NCBI GenBank assembly: GCA_004322465.1
Contig: SCVO01000083.1
Coordinates: forward strand, 6,983-70,982
DNA from: Candidatus Nitrosotenuis sp.
GTDB lineage: Archaea > Thermoproteota > Nitrososphaeria > Nitrososphaerales > Nitrosopumilaceae
DNA: 64,000 nt
Reading direction: 5' to 3'
Each line of letters opens with the position of its first letter. Position 1 is the first letter of the stretch. The notes below the pieces were generated by a model, which saw nothing but the letters and a program-made list of their open reading frames with translations, did not search any database and was not told the origin of the DNA. Position numbers and translations under genes: made by a program. Below are positions 54,616-63,544 of the stretch, one piece after another.

Positions 54616-56451
54616 TCAAGTATTCAAGAAATCCTCTCCAGCCCGCATCTTTTCAAATACGGCCGGGACTTTTTGGATTGGCAGAAACAAAATCCGATTC
54701 TCCTTTGTTTTGGCAGAGAGGGCTTGGATGAGCTTGGAATCATCCGAGCAGACAATCACTTTCTTGAATTCTTGCAGATTTCTTTTCAGGTTGCCTGAGA
54801 TGTTTGATTTGCCGAGCTCCACTTCGATCACCATACTGTGTTCCAATACCTCTATGTCTGGACCATCTTTGTTTTTTCTGACATGATATCCCTTTGCGGT
54901 GAGACTTTCCGCTAGCCAGTTTACGTAGAACTCGTGCTTGACACTAGGTACAGCTCCGGGCTTCTGGTACAGGATCCTGGGAGATCCTCTGCCGAGCCTG
55001 ACTCTGACCATCTCAATTTTCTTCTTCCTCAGAAGGTCGTCAACTGTACTGGTGTACCTTTTGTCGTCCCATCCGAGCTTTGTGCGCCTTTCGATGACTG
55101 AGAGAAATGGTTCCTTGTCTATGCTTTCAAGGAAAGTGTAATTGTCGTCGTTGTCATCACCATTACCTTTGTCTCCTTTGTCTTCTTTGCTTGCTGTTGC
55201 TTCTGTTGCTGTTGCTGCAACTGCATCAACTGCTGTTGCTGCTGCAATTGTTGCTGCTTCAAGCGGCATAATGTCAAAGTTGTCAGCTGACACGAGGAAA
55301 GGTTCGTAACCGGACACAATTGCAATTGCAGTTGCGCGTGGCAACTTGACGAATCTGTCAGCAAGGTACTCGTATTCGACTTGGTCCACAAAGGCAGCTG
55401 CCTCTGCCAGAAGGCGTATGTCCTCCTGGTGCTGTAGACGAAAGGCTATCTTTGCGCCCGTGTTCTTGAATATGTCTTTCTCTATGTTGCTCGGCGACTG
55501 GGTGATCAGCACAAGACCGCAGCCTCGTTTTCTGAGGCGCGTCGCAAATTCAGTAGCCGGCCAGGACTCCGTCACGACGATTTTATGGAGAATCTTAGGG
55601 ACCAGCAACTGGGCCTCATCTGCTATGAACAGATTGGAGACCCATTCGCAGGTCCCACGATTCAGCATTTTTCTCAGATAGTAGGTCGTGATGGTGTTGT
55701 AGATGAGTCGTAGCTCCGAGTTGTATGCTACTAGCGCATCCAGCGCGTGCAAATCTATTATGACATTCTTTTCATCGAGCTTGGAAAAGTCCGGATTTGA
55801 TTTGTTGCAGAGAAAAATCTCCTTCAACGGAGAGCGCATGAACGGGTCGAGTCTGACTAGGAGGGCTGTCTTTGTCTTGTCAAGCGCGGTCAGCTTCTGC
55901 CTGTCATAGGATCTGATGTTTCTGATCAGTTCGTCTATACTGTGACTCTCGCTGATAGTCTCTTGCAGGACAAAATTCATTTGAGCTGATAAATCGATGT
56001 ATTCCTTCTCTATTCCCTTGAAAACTGTCTCTCTCATCAATTCCCTGATCAGTGCAGGATCTCCCAAATCAAACGGATTGATCTTCAGATTCCTGTCAAC
56101 TGAAAAATATTCAGTTGGGCCCTTCAGCTTCGGGATGATGTTTTTCCACTCACCCTCTACGTCTACTACCAAAAGCCTGATTTTTTGGAAAGATTCGTAG
56201 TTTGCTGACTTGACAGCAAGGTTCATCGCAAATCTGGTCTTACCAGTCCCGGTCTGACCGCTCACAAGAACATGAGTTGTCAAAAAGTTCACCGGAAAAT
56301 TGAATGGAAGGCCGTTGGACAGCTGACCGAGTCTCGGGCCCCAATAATCAAGGATTGGCGAGTTCTCTATTCTAAAGCGGAAGAACTTGCATCTCGGGCA
56401 GAACCTCTTGTCACGGACGAAGTTACCGCATATGCAGTACCAGCTCACCAT
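54616..56451 (-). CDS. HerA-like (DUF87) ATPase with N-terminal Zn ribbon and C-terminal wHTH + PD-(D/E)xK-like domain
   Basis: CICG..CPRC; GQTGTGKT; FIADEAQ; LRKRG..LITQSP; GPDIEV...IEVELG. Confidence 0.88.
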   Translation of the reverse strand: MVSWYCICGNFVRDKRFCPRCKFFRFRIENSPILDYWGPRLGQLSNGLPFNFPVNFLTTHVLVSGQTGTGKTRFAMNLAVKSANYESFQKIRLLVVDVEGEWKNIIPKLKGPTEYFSVDRNLKINPFDLGDPALIRELMRETVFKGIEKEYIDLSAQMNFVLQETISESHSIDELIRNIRSYDRQKLTALDKTKTALLVRLDPFMRSPLKEIFLCNKSNPDFSKLDEKNVIIDLHALDALVAYNSELRLIYNTITTYYLRKMLNRGTCEWVSNLFIADEAQLLVPKILHKIVVTESWPATEFATRLRKRGCGLVLITQSPSNIEKDIFKNTGAKIAFRLQHQEDIRLLAEAAAFVDQVEYEYLADRFVKLPRATAIAIVSGYEPFLVSADNFDIMPLEAATIAAATAVDAVAATATEATASKEDKGDKGNGDDNDDNYTFLESIDKEPFLSVIERRTKLGWDDKRYTSTVDDLLRKKKIEMVRVRLGRGSPRILYQKPGAVPSVKHEFYVNWLAESLTAKGYHVRKNKDGPDIEVLEHSMVIEVELGKSNISGNLKRNLQEFKKVIVCSDDSKLIQALSAKTKENRILFLPIQKVPAVFEKMRAGEDFLNT

Positions 56452-56509
56452 CCAGATGTTGACTGTGTTAAGAACTAGGTTACGGGTGTGAGATTCCGCT
56501 AGATGTCAG

Positions 56510-57301
56510 TTACTTGAGAAACTTTTCCAAAGATTTTCTGAGCTGACTGATGATGGTTTGGAGTGAAGGCATTTTTCCTCTACTGAGTCTGGTGAGACCG
56601 GTTTCAAGGTGCGGCTCTAGCGTCTTTATGATGTCTTTTGGAAAGAACTGATCTAATCCGGTAAATTTCACACCTTTGGCATTGCATTTTTCAACAAACA
56701 GCTCTTTTGTCTTCTTCTTGTCGAACTTTCCGATCTTTAACAGCCTCCAGACATCGTAATAGTCTCTGATATATCCACGCTCGATGATTGCTCTGGTCTT
56801 TTCGGCAACCAGTGTTTCAAGAGTATAGACATTCACGGAAAACTTTGGATAATCGAATTTCTTTGGAACTTGCTTCTTAACAACGTCTCCAACAAATTTT
56901 TCCCGAGTGATCTCAATTTTGATTGTGTTAGTATTTACCGGCCCCTTGTACTTCATCTTGGCTTGTAGATAGTCAGGGTTTGTGTGAGGTTTCGGCCTGA
57001 GACTGACCTCTATGCCGACCGAACCCTTGACTATTTTTGGCACTTCGTTTTTCAATGCTTCTATGATGGTCTTCCAATCGGTGTTGTCAAGCAATGTGAA
57101 ATCAAGGTCTTCAGAAAGCCTCCATCTGGTCGGGAAGTAAACCTTTGAAAGTGCAGTGCCTCCTTTGAATGCAAGCTTGCTTGCCAATGAGCTTGACGCT
57201 ATTGCAAAAAGCAGCCATCCCAAGACGTAGTCTTTTTCGAGCATTGAGACGTCAAGGTTTTCTTTACCTGCTTGTCTTCTGAGCGATTTTCCGTCTATCA
57301 T
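56510..57301 (-). CDS. abiEii: AbiEii-family nucleotidyltransferase toxin
   Basis: LEKDY, FKGGTAL, RLSEDLDF, EK.RA, RDYYD. Confidence 0.93.
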   Translation of the reverse strand: MIDGKSLRRQAGKENLDVSMLEKDYVLGWLLFAIASSSLASKLAFKGGTALSKVYFPTRWRLSEDLDFTLLDNTDWKTIIEALKNEVPKIVKGSVGIEVSLRPKPHTNPDYLQAKMKYKGPVNTNTIKIEITREKFVGDVVKKQVPKKFDYPKFSVNVYTLETLVAEKTRAIIERGYIRDYYDVWRLLKIGKFDKKKTKELFVEKCNAKGVKFTGLDQFFPKDIIKTLEPHLETGLTRLSRGKMPSLQTIISQLRKSLEKFLK

Positions 57302-58117
57302 CTAATGCCTCATCCACCTTGTCAGTGAGTCCTTTGTCCTGTTGAGAATAAGTCCATACTCGTGTGAGTATTCTATGTTTTCTTTTGGCCAGCTAGGATC
57401 GAGCAACAAAAATCCTTTTGGTTTTGGCATCTCTATCATGTTCTTTACTTTCTTACTCATCTTCAATATTTCGAGCAGATACAAAAGCCTCCTGGTCACC
57501 ACATCCACCTTTATGTCTCTGGCATAGTTGAATAGTTTGAGAAAATCTAGTCCGTCTCCTTCTTCCCATATGGCCTTTGCCACTTCGTCGAGGCCTCCAC
57601 AATATTCTGGGTGCAAAAGACAATCGATTATTGTTTTTTCTTTGTCAGATACGTTAAAACTATCATTACCGATCTTCCCTTCTGTCGTCCCAAAGAATCT
57701 CTTTTTTGTTATTGTAACAAACTTGAATGTGAGTGGTCCGAACTTGATATTCTCTTTTCTCTTGGTTGTCACTACAAAGGTCACACTCGGGACCTGTTCT
57801 GTCATGCCCCAATAGTTGAGGGCAGATGCAAATCCGATGTAGTATGGTTTCACTAGGTGGTTGGCTATGACAAAAGGCACTTCTGCCCATTTACCTTTGT
57901 ATCCTGCCTTGGCCGGTATGAGAAGATACTTTCCGCGTTCTATCTTTTCGACTCTTCCCTTCTTTCTGAGTCTGTATAATGCAGTGTTGACGGAGTCTCT
58001 TGTTGATTTGAGTATCTTGTAGGCATCTGCTGTAGTAAAGATGCTCTTCTCTTCCCCCTCGAGCGTTAGTATCAACTTCAATTCCGTGCTTCCTAGCCTT
58101 ATGTTCTTTGTAGACAT
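57302..58117 (-). CDS. abiEi: AbiEi-family antitoxin / type IV TA regulator
   Basis: wHTH (LRKKGRVEKIERGKY), YIGFASALNYWG, SDKEKTIID. Confidence 0.92.
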   Translation of the reverse strand: MSTKNIRLGSTELKLILTLEGEEKSIFTTADAYKILKSTRDSVNTALYRLRKKGRVEKIERGKYLLIPAKAGYKGKWAEVPFVIANHLVKPYYIGFASALNYWGMTEQVPSVTFVVTTKRKENIKFGPLTFKFVTITKKRFFGTTEGKIGNDSFNVSDKEKTIIDCLLHPEYCGGLDEVAKAIWEEGDGLDFLKLFNYARDIKVDVVTRRLLYLLEILKMSKKVKNMIEMPKPKGFLLLDPSWPKENIEYSHEYGLILNRTKDSLTRWMRH

Positions 58118-58199
58118 AATGTCTCCTAAAGACATTATAGTGACACAAGTATTAAAATATGTTCTTTGTAATCATAATGTCTCCTAACGACACTATAGT
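58100..58199. promoter_or_regulatory. abiE operator: two 42-bp direct repeats (58100-58141, 58158-58199) each containing ATAATGTC-N7-GACATTAT
   Basis: 4 mismatches between copies; AT-rich TATA-like sequence between them. Confidence 0.8.
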
Positions 58200-58218
58200 T
58201 ACAAAAGAATTATTGGAA

Positions 58219-58446
58219 CTAAACCCAGATCTGTTTGCATATCCAGCATAGTCTGTGTACATACGGCTGCTGATTTCTCATCACTATCTTTGCCTCCACG
58301 TGCAGCATGCAGCATATCTCCTGGCATCTGTCGCAGATCCTCTTGCAGTGGTTGCACGTGTGGTTCTTGCACGTTTTGCACACTCCGTCTATCTGGTCCC
58401 TTGTGACAAGCGACCGGCAGATTCCGCATTGCCAAAGCTCATTCAT
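58219..58446 (-). CDS. Cys/His-rich zinc-finger microprotein
   Basis: CGIC, CKTC..HTCNHC..ICDRC..ICCMLH, LCWIC. Confidence 0.8.
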   Translation of the reverse strand: MNELWQCGICRSLVTRDQIDGVCKTCKNHTCNHCKRICDRCQEICCMLHVEAKIVMRNQQPYVHRLCWICKQIWV

Positions 58447-58621
58447 TCTTTTCCCTCATCCTGTCATCGAAGCACTTTGGGCATAGCAGATGCTCACCAA
58501 TTACTTGCAGACACTTGCCGCACTTGTTCATCTTGCACTTGATACATTTACCAAGGCCAGAATTGGTGTTGATGGCGTGACCACACGACAGGATCACAGA
58601 TTCGAATTCCTCTTCCATCAC
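58439..58621 (-). CDS. B-box-like zinc-finger microprotein
   Basis: CGH, CIKC..KCGKC, LCPKC. Confidence 0.8.
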   Translation of the reverse strand: MMEEEFESVILSCGHAINTNSGLGKCIKCKMNKCGKCLQVIGEHLLCPKCFDDRMREKNE

Positions 58622-58743
58622 TGATCCTCCAGATCAACGAAAGCCCCGCACTTGTCGCACATAGGAAAGTTCTCCCAGAAGTGAATGTCCCACTCCTCCC
58701 CCACCCCCCTATACTCCTTGCATCTAGTGCATAGTCCTCTCAT
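58618..58743 (-). CDS. 41-aa Zn-ribbon microprotein (absent from ORF track)
   Basis: MRGLCTRCKEYRGVGEEWDIHFWENFPMCDKCGAFVDLEDQ; stop overlaps next start. Confidence 0.75.
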   Translation of the reverse strand: MRGLCTRCKEYRGVGEEWDIHFWENFPMCDKCGAFVDLEDQ

Positions 58744-58802
58744 TTTGAATCCAGACAACTCTGTTCTGGCAATTAAAAATAGGCTGTGTAGGTATGATTC
58801 CG

Positions 58803-60008
58803 CTAGGATTGATCATCTCTGTTGATCTTCGTCAGTGCAACTCTCAGCTTCTCGAATTTCTGCGGTTCTGCGGCAATTCCGTAGATGAGCTTGTCTAGCA
58901 TAGTTTTATTTTGGTCAACATCACTGGATGTAGATGTGTCTAGTAGTGCACCGCATCTGTTGCAGAACTTGGAGACATGAGAATTCTCAAGGCTGCATCT
59001 GAAACACTTTTTCGGTTGTGAATTGACAACGACTGTTTTCTCTTGCGGCTTTATCCCGTTCATGATCGACTGCGCATTGTCGATGTGCTTTCCGTATCTT
59101 TTCATGTATGTGGCAGGCATGGCAGAGCCGAACCTCCATCCAAACATCATGCATTGCTGGGGCTCGGTAAGAATTCCCTGCGTCTCGTCTACCCTGGTGT
59201 GCCTGAAAAGGTAGTAGAAGATCCTCTTCTTGATTCCAGCTCTCTTTGCCGCCTTTTTCAGAATAGACACGGCAGCAGCATATGTGATCTGGTTCATCAG
59301 ATTAGTGCTGCCAAACCCAATCCATACCGGGCAATCGGGATGGTTCCTTCCTGGGTGATGGTCAAGCCATATGGCAAGCGAGGGCGCGGAAGAGATTATC
59401 CTCACAAAGTCGGATCCTATCTTTCCGTCAACGTAGAGTTTGGCTCCTATGGTGTCGAATTCTATGTCACTGAGATGCAGTGTGAGAATCTCCTCAAGTC
59501 TTCTTCCTGACTCAAATAGAATCTCAAACAACGCCCTGTCTCTTGGATTGTAGGTTGCACGTAGGAGGGCATCCTTCTCCTCCGGCGTGAGGAGGTCCTT
59601 TGGAAGTATCGGCCTTTTGTTTTGCGCACTGGAAGTCTTTTTGATCCACCTAACCTCCGGCGGCGCACCGTCCTCCCAGTTCCTGAACCATTTGTAAAAA
59701 TGCTTTAGAATCACCTTGTAGTCTCTCTTGGTCCAGTCCGACCAGTCGGTGCTTTCAAACTCTGAAACAAGCTTCACAAAGTCGTCCTTTGTGGCGTCCG
59801 CAAATGACTTTCCAAGCATTCTGGAAATGAGCTTGATGGTATTGAGACACTTATGGATCCTTGCAGGGCTGATGCCCTCCGCCACCCTGGACTGATGATA
59901 CTTTAGAATTGATTCGGCATTGTGTGGATCCTCTTTGATAAATTCCAGTTCTCTTTCTATTCTCTTCCTGAGTGGATAGATCTCTAGTGCTCGGCTCATC
60001 CGCATCAC
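58803..60008 (-). CDS. Tyrosine recombinase / integrase 3 with C-terminal Zn ribbon
   Basis: SGRRLEE (R), YLFRH, MFGW, ATY; CFRC..CNRC. Confidence 0.92.
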   Translation of the reverse strand: MMRMSRALEIYPLRKRIERELEFIKEDPHNAESILKYHQSRVAEGISPARIHKCLNTIKLISRMLGKSFADATKDDFVKLVSEFESTDWSDWTKRDYKVILKHFYKWFRNWEDGAPPEVRWIKKTSSAQNKRPILPKDLLTPEEKDALLRATYNPRDRALFEILFESGRRLEEILTLHLSDIEFDTIGAKLYVDGKIGSDFVRIISSAPSLAIWLDHHPGRNHPDCPVWIGFGSTNLMNQITYAAAVSILKKAAKRAGIKKRIFYYLFRHTRVDETQGILTEPQQCMMFGWRFGSAMPATYMKRYGKHIDNAQSIMNGIKPQEKTVVVNSQPKKCFRCSLENSHVSKFCNRCGALLDTSTSSDVDQNKTMLDKLIYGIAAEPQKFEKLRVALTKINRDDQS

Positions 60009-60084
60009 ATTGTTTTATGTTATATTCCGTTTTGCGACTGTAACGTTCCGTTACATTTCCGCAAGATTCTCAGATGGAGACATT

Positions 60085-60193
60085 AGCCGATACCAGTGGC
60101 TCGCAGGGAGCATCACTCATTAGGTTCAAATCTTCTCCGCAGAGGAGATTTGTTCCGATGTGATGTGCTCCCAGCGAGCACCTAATTACGGCT
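60085..60193. other. Long imperfect stem-loop between integrase 3 and cdc6
   Basis: GCTCGCAGGGAGCATCAC pairs with GTGATGTGCTCCCAGCGAGC; inner CAAATCTTCTC-CGCA-GAGGAGATTTG. Confidence 0.7.
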
Positions 60194-60316
60194 CATATCT
60201 CGCGCCGAAAATCTCTGAAAGATCACGGTTTTCAACTAAGAAATCTATAGCTGTCCCAGAATAGCTATTTTCCAAAAGCGATTTTCTATCGGAAAATCAC
60301 CGTGGCAAAGGTTAAG

Positions 60317-60332
60317 CTGGACAAATGTCCAG
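60317..60332. promoter_or_regulatory. Palindrome CTGGACA-AA-TGTCCAG (mini-ORB-like) upstream of cdc6
   Basis: TCCAG/CTGGA core resembles archaeal origin-recognition boxes. Confidence 0.4.
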
Positions 60333-60347
60333 TTTTACGAAGATACG

Positions 60348-61331
60348 ATGGGGAGGCCTATAATATTGGATGAAGGTCTGCTGCATGAGGCCTTCCTACC
60401 TCAAAAGACGCTTTGCAGAGATAGTCACAAAAATGAGATTCTCAACTGTTTATCTCCAATAAAGACTGGCAATCTGGCAAGAAACCTCTACGTATACGGC
60501 TCTCCTGGAGCCGGCAAATCAACCGTAGTCCGGTCGATATTACGTGATCACTTCAAAGACATGCATGTGTATGTCAATTGCTGGTCGAACAGGACCTCTC
60601 ACAAGGTCATGGAGGAGATACTCAGTCAGATGGGTTTCATGATCCACGGAAAAGAGTCTACAAGTGAACTGATTCGCAAATTTGAGAAGTTAAAGCGCAA
60701 GGTCATAATCTGCCTTGACGAAGCAGACCACCTGAAGGACAATGATCTACTCTATACTTTTACACGAAACTCATGTCCTTTGATTCTGATATCAAACTAC
60801 TCTTATTCTCCAATAAACATGGACAACAGGATCAGAAGCAGCCTGCACCTGCATGAGGTGGAGTTTGGCGGCTACGAGCCACATGAGATTACACAGATAC
60901 TGCAAGACAGAATAGATTCTGGACTTCATCCTCAATCCATTTCTGATGAGCTCATCTCAGAGATTGCAAAGTCAAGCGGTGGGGATGCTCGAGCCAGCAT
61001 ACAGATTCTGAAAAACGCGGCAATCGATGCGGAATCAAGAGGTTCCGAAACTATTGCCTTGGACCATGTAAAGGTCGCAACAAAGTGCGCAAGAAAATAC
61101 CGACTATCATATCTTCTTAGAAAACTAAACGAGCACCAACAGACCCTCTATGAATTGCTAAAGCAGAACAAGGTAATGGACTCTGGACGACTGTTCAACC
61201 AATATAGAAAATCAATGGATGAAACCGTCACCGACCGCTCGTACCGCAACTACATGACAAAAATGGTTGAACTTGGCCTAGTAAGGCAGATTGGTTCCGG
61301 ACGATGGAAAAAATATGAAGTTACATTGTAG
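60348..61331 (+). CDS. cdc6: Cdc6/Orc1-family replication initiator
   Basis: GSPGAGKS, YVNC, LDEAD, GDAR, C-terminal wHTH. Confidence 0.93.
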   Translation: MGRPIILDEGLLHEAFLPQKTLCRDSHKNEILNCLSPIKTGNLARNLYVYGSPGAGKSTVVRSILRDHFKDMHVYVNCWSNRTSHKVMEEILSQMGFMIHGKESTSELIRKFEKLKRKVIICLDEADHLKDNDLLYTFTRNSCPLILISNYSYSPINMDNRIRSSLHLHEVEFGGYEPHEITQILQDRIDSGLHPQSISDELISEIAKSSGGDARASIQILKNAAIDAESRGSETIALDHVKVATKCARKYRLSYLLRKLNEHQQTLYELLKQNKVMDSGRLFNQYRKSMDETVTDRSYRNYMTKMVELGLVRQIGSGRWKKYEVTL

Positions 61332-61411
61332 GATAAAACTTGATACATCATTTCAATATCATACTAATTGAAATCTAAACTGGATTAAATCTATTCTAAA
61401 AACATATATCC

Positions 61412-61430
61412 TATCCTCCCCCAGAGGATA
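61412..61430. promoter_or_regulatory. CsoR/RcnR-like operator TATCCTC-CCCCA-GAGGATA
   Basis: Inverted repeat around a C tract, 2 nt before the ATPase start; CsoR-family gene downstream. Confidence 0.6.
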
Positions 61431-61432
61431 TT

Positions 61433-63457
61433 ATGTCAGGGGCATGTGAATTTGACCCAAAAAAGGCACATGAGTCATTTGATGAACCCGAAGACAAGAG
61501 AATAGAAATTCTACGCATGGCTGGGCTTGGCATAATCACAATATTCATTGCATGGCTACGGCTCGCACAGCCTGATTGGATTGGAAATACAATCGTTACA
61601 CTTGGCGTATTGATTGGCGGCTATCCTATTCTCAAGGAATCACTGTATGCCCTAAGAAAAGGCCGCGTAAACATGGAACTTTCCATGGTTATTGCAATAG
61701 TTGCATCGCTGGTCTCGTTACAATTTCTTCCTGCAATAGTGGTTACTTTTTTTGCGATACTGTCAGAATTTGTTGAAGGTTTTATTGTAAAAAAAGGAAG
61801 GAAGAACATTGAGTCTCTCTACAAGATGGTTCCAAGAAGGGCGCTGGTAAAAAACGAAAATGGGCAACAATTAGTTGAGATTGAACGAGTAAACGTTAAC
61901 GATATAATAATCGTGAGAGAGGGCGATGTGATTCCAGTCGATGGCACAATAATCACGGGCTCATCTGCAGTAGATCAGTCAAGTATCACCGGAGAGAGCA
62001 TTCCAATTGATAAGAAGAAAGGCGACCGTGTTTTTGCCGGGACAATAAACCTGACAGGTCATCTGGAAATCAGGTGTGAAAAAATCTCTTCCGATACAAC
62101 TTTTGCAAAGATAATACACCTTGTAGAGGAAGCCGAAATCTCAAAGGCCCCAATACAGAAAATAAGCGACAGAATGGCCACGAGGCTGATTCAATTCGCA
62201 ATAGGCCTTTCAATCATAACTTATCTTGTGACACAAAATCTGACATCCACACTGTCTGTGATCATAGTTGCGGGAGCATGTGGTCTTGCAGTCGGCACCC
62301 CAATAGCACTGCTTGCCACCACCGGCAAGCTTTCAAAGCGAGGAATTGTCATCAAAGGCGGCCTCCAGATTGAGAACCTGAGTCATGCTGGCACGATTGT
62401 ATTTGACAAGACCGGTACTCTGACATATGGAAAACCTGTTGTTTCTCAGGTTGTTTCGCTAGAGCATTCACTGAAACCCATGAAAATACTGGAATATGCA
62501 GCAATGGTCGAGAAAAACATCAACCATCCCCTTGCCAGGGCAATAGAAGAAAGGGCAAGTCAGGAGGGACTATCAATGACTCAATCAAGTCCTGATGCTT
62601 CTGATACTATATCTGTTGGAAGAGGGGTAACAAGAACATATGACCGCCAGCAAATCAGTCTTGGAAACTTGGAGTTTATAGACAAAGTGATTAATGATGG
62701 CGATTCTGAATCTGCCACTCAGAGAATCTCCGAACTGCTAAAATCAAAAAGAACCTCTTTTCAATATTTAGTAAATGAATACCGTGACAATGCAGGTCGT
62801 ACCTTGCAGATTGTCAGACAGCAGGATTCCGATCTTCTACAGTTTGCTCTAACTGCTACGTTTTTAGCTATTGACAAGCAACTTGTGGGAGCCGTGTTCT
62901 TTGAGGACTCGTTGAGAACAGAAGCAAAGAAGGCGGTAGCAGAAATAAAAAAGATGAAAATTAAAGTCGTAATGCTAACTGGAGACAATGAAAAGATTGC
63001 GAAAAGAATAGCGGAGGAAGTCGGCATTGACGAATACCATGCAGAACTACTCCCACAAGACAAAGTCTCAAAAATTGAGGAAATAGTCGGAGGACACTCC
63101 GATGGCAAGATGGTTGTAATGGTTGGAGATGGCGTCAACGATGCGCCAGCACTTGCCAAGTCCCATATCGGAATAGCGATGGGCAAGACTGGAACGGACG
63201 TCGCCATAGAGACTGCCGATATTGTACTGATGACAGAAGATCTGATGAGGATTCCGTATCTTGTGAGAAACTCGAGGCAGTCGATTTTTGCAATCCGGCA
63301 GAACTTTTTTGGAACATTAGGAGTTGACGGTCTCGGAATCTTTCTTGCCTTTACTGGCCACATAAATCCGCTTTTGGCCGCACTCATCCATGTGTCTTCT
63401 GAGCTGGTGTTTATGGCAAATTCTGCAAGACTGATTTTAGACAAAAGAGCGTATTGA
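61433..63457 (+). CDS. Heavy-metal P1B-type ATPase with atypical TM motif (GAC)
   Basis: TGES, AGACGLAVGTP, DKTGT, HP, GDGVND, HVSSE. Confidence 0.92.
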   Translation: MSGACEFDPKKAHESFDEPEDKRIEILRMAGLGIITIFIAWLRLAQPDWIGNTIVTLGVLIGGYPILKESLYALRKGRVNMELSMVIAIVASLVSLQFLPAIVVTFFAILSEFVEGFIVKKGRKNIESLYKMVPRRALVKNENGQQLVEIERVNVNDIIIVREGDVIPVDGTIITGSSAVDQSSITGESIPIDKKKGDRVFAGTINLTGHLEIRCEKISSDTTFAKIIHLVEEAEISKAPIQKISDRMATRLIQFAIGLSIITYLVTQNLTSTLSVIIVAGACGLAVGTPIALLATTGKLSKRGIVIKGGLQIENLSHAGTIVFDKTGTLTYGKPVVSQVVSLEHSLKPMKILEYAAMVEKNINHPLARAIEERASQEGLSMTQSSPDASDTISVGRGVTRTYDRQQISLGNLEFIDKVINDGDSESATQRISELLKSKRTSFQYLVNEYRDNAGRTLQIVRQQDSDLLQFALTATFLAIDKQLVGAVFFEDSLRTEAKKAVAEIKKMKIKVVMLTGDNEKIAKRIAEEVGIDEYHAELLPQDKVSKIEEIVGGHSDGKMVVMVGDGVNDAPALAKSHIGIAMGKTGTDVAIETADIVLMTEDLMRIPYLVRNSRQSIFAIRQNFFGTLGVDGLGIFLAFTGHINPLLAALIHVSSELVFMANSARLILDKRAY

Positions 63458-63544
63458 TCTCAATTTTACGTCCTGATGAAAGCGTATTAAATATTGGACG
63501 AATTAGCCAGATAATTAAATAGTATAGAAAAACAAGAGTAGAGC

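Larger units (their letters stand above)
50795..61331. mobile_element. Integrated element with integrase 3, Cdc6, HerA-like ATPase, AbiE and Ago defence cargo; boundaries uncertain
   Basis: Integrase plus replication initiator plus TA plus defence genes, between metal-resistance genes. Confidence 0.55.

Noticed and set aside
58100-58199. CRISPR mini-array
   Set aside because: Only two 42-bp copies with a 16-bp gap and no cas genes; explained as AbiE operators
60123-60218. tRNA (GGTTCAAATC) or C/D-box sRNA (GTGATGT...CTGA)
   Set aside because: No cloverleaf; C box mismatched, no clear C'/D' boxes, and it overlaps the hairpin stem
62761-63444. 227-aa minus-strand ORF
   Set aside because: Typical antisense shadow of a P-type ATPase
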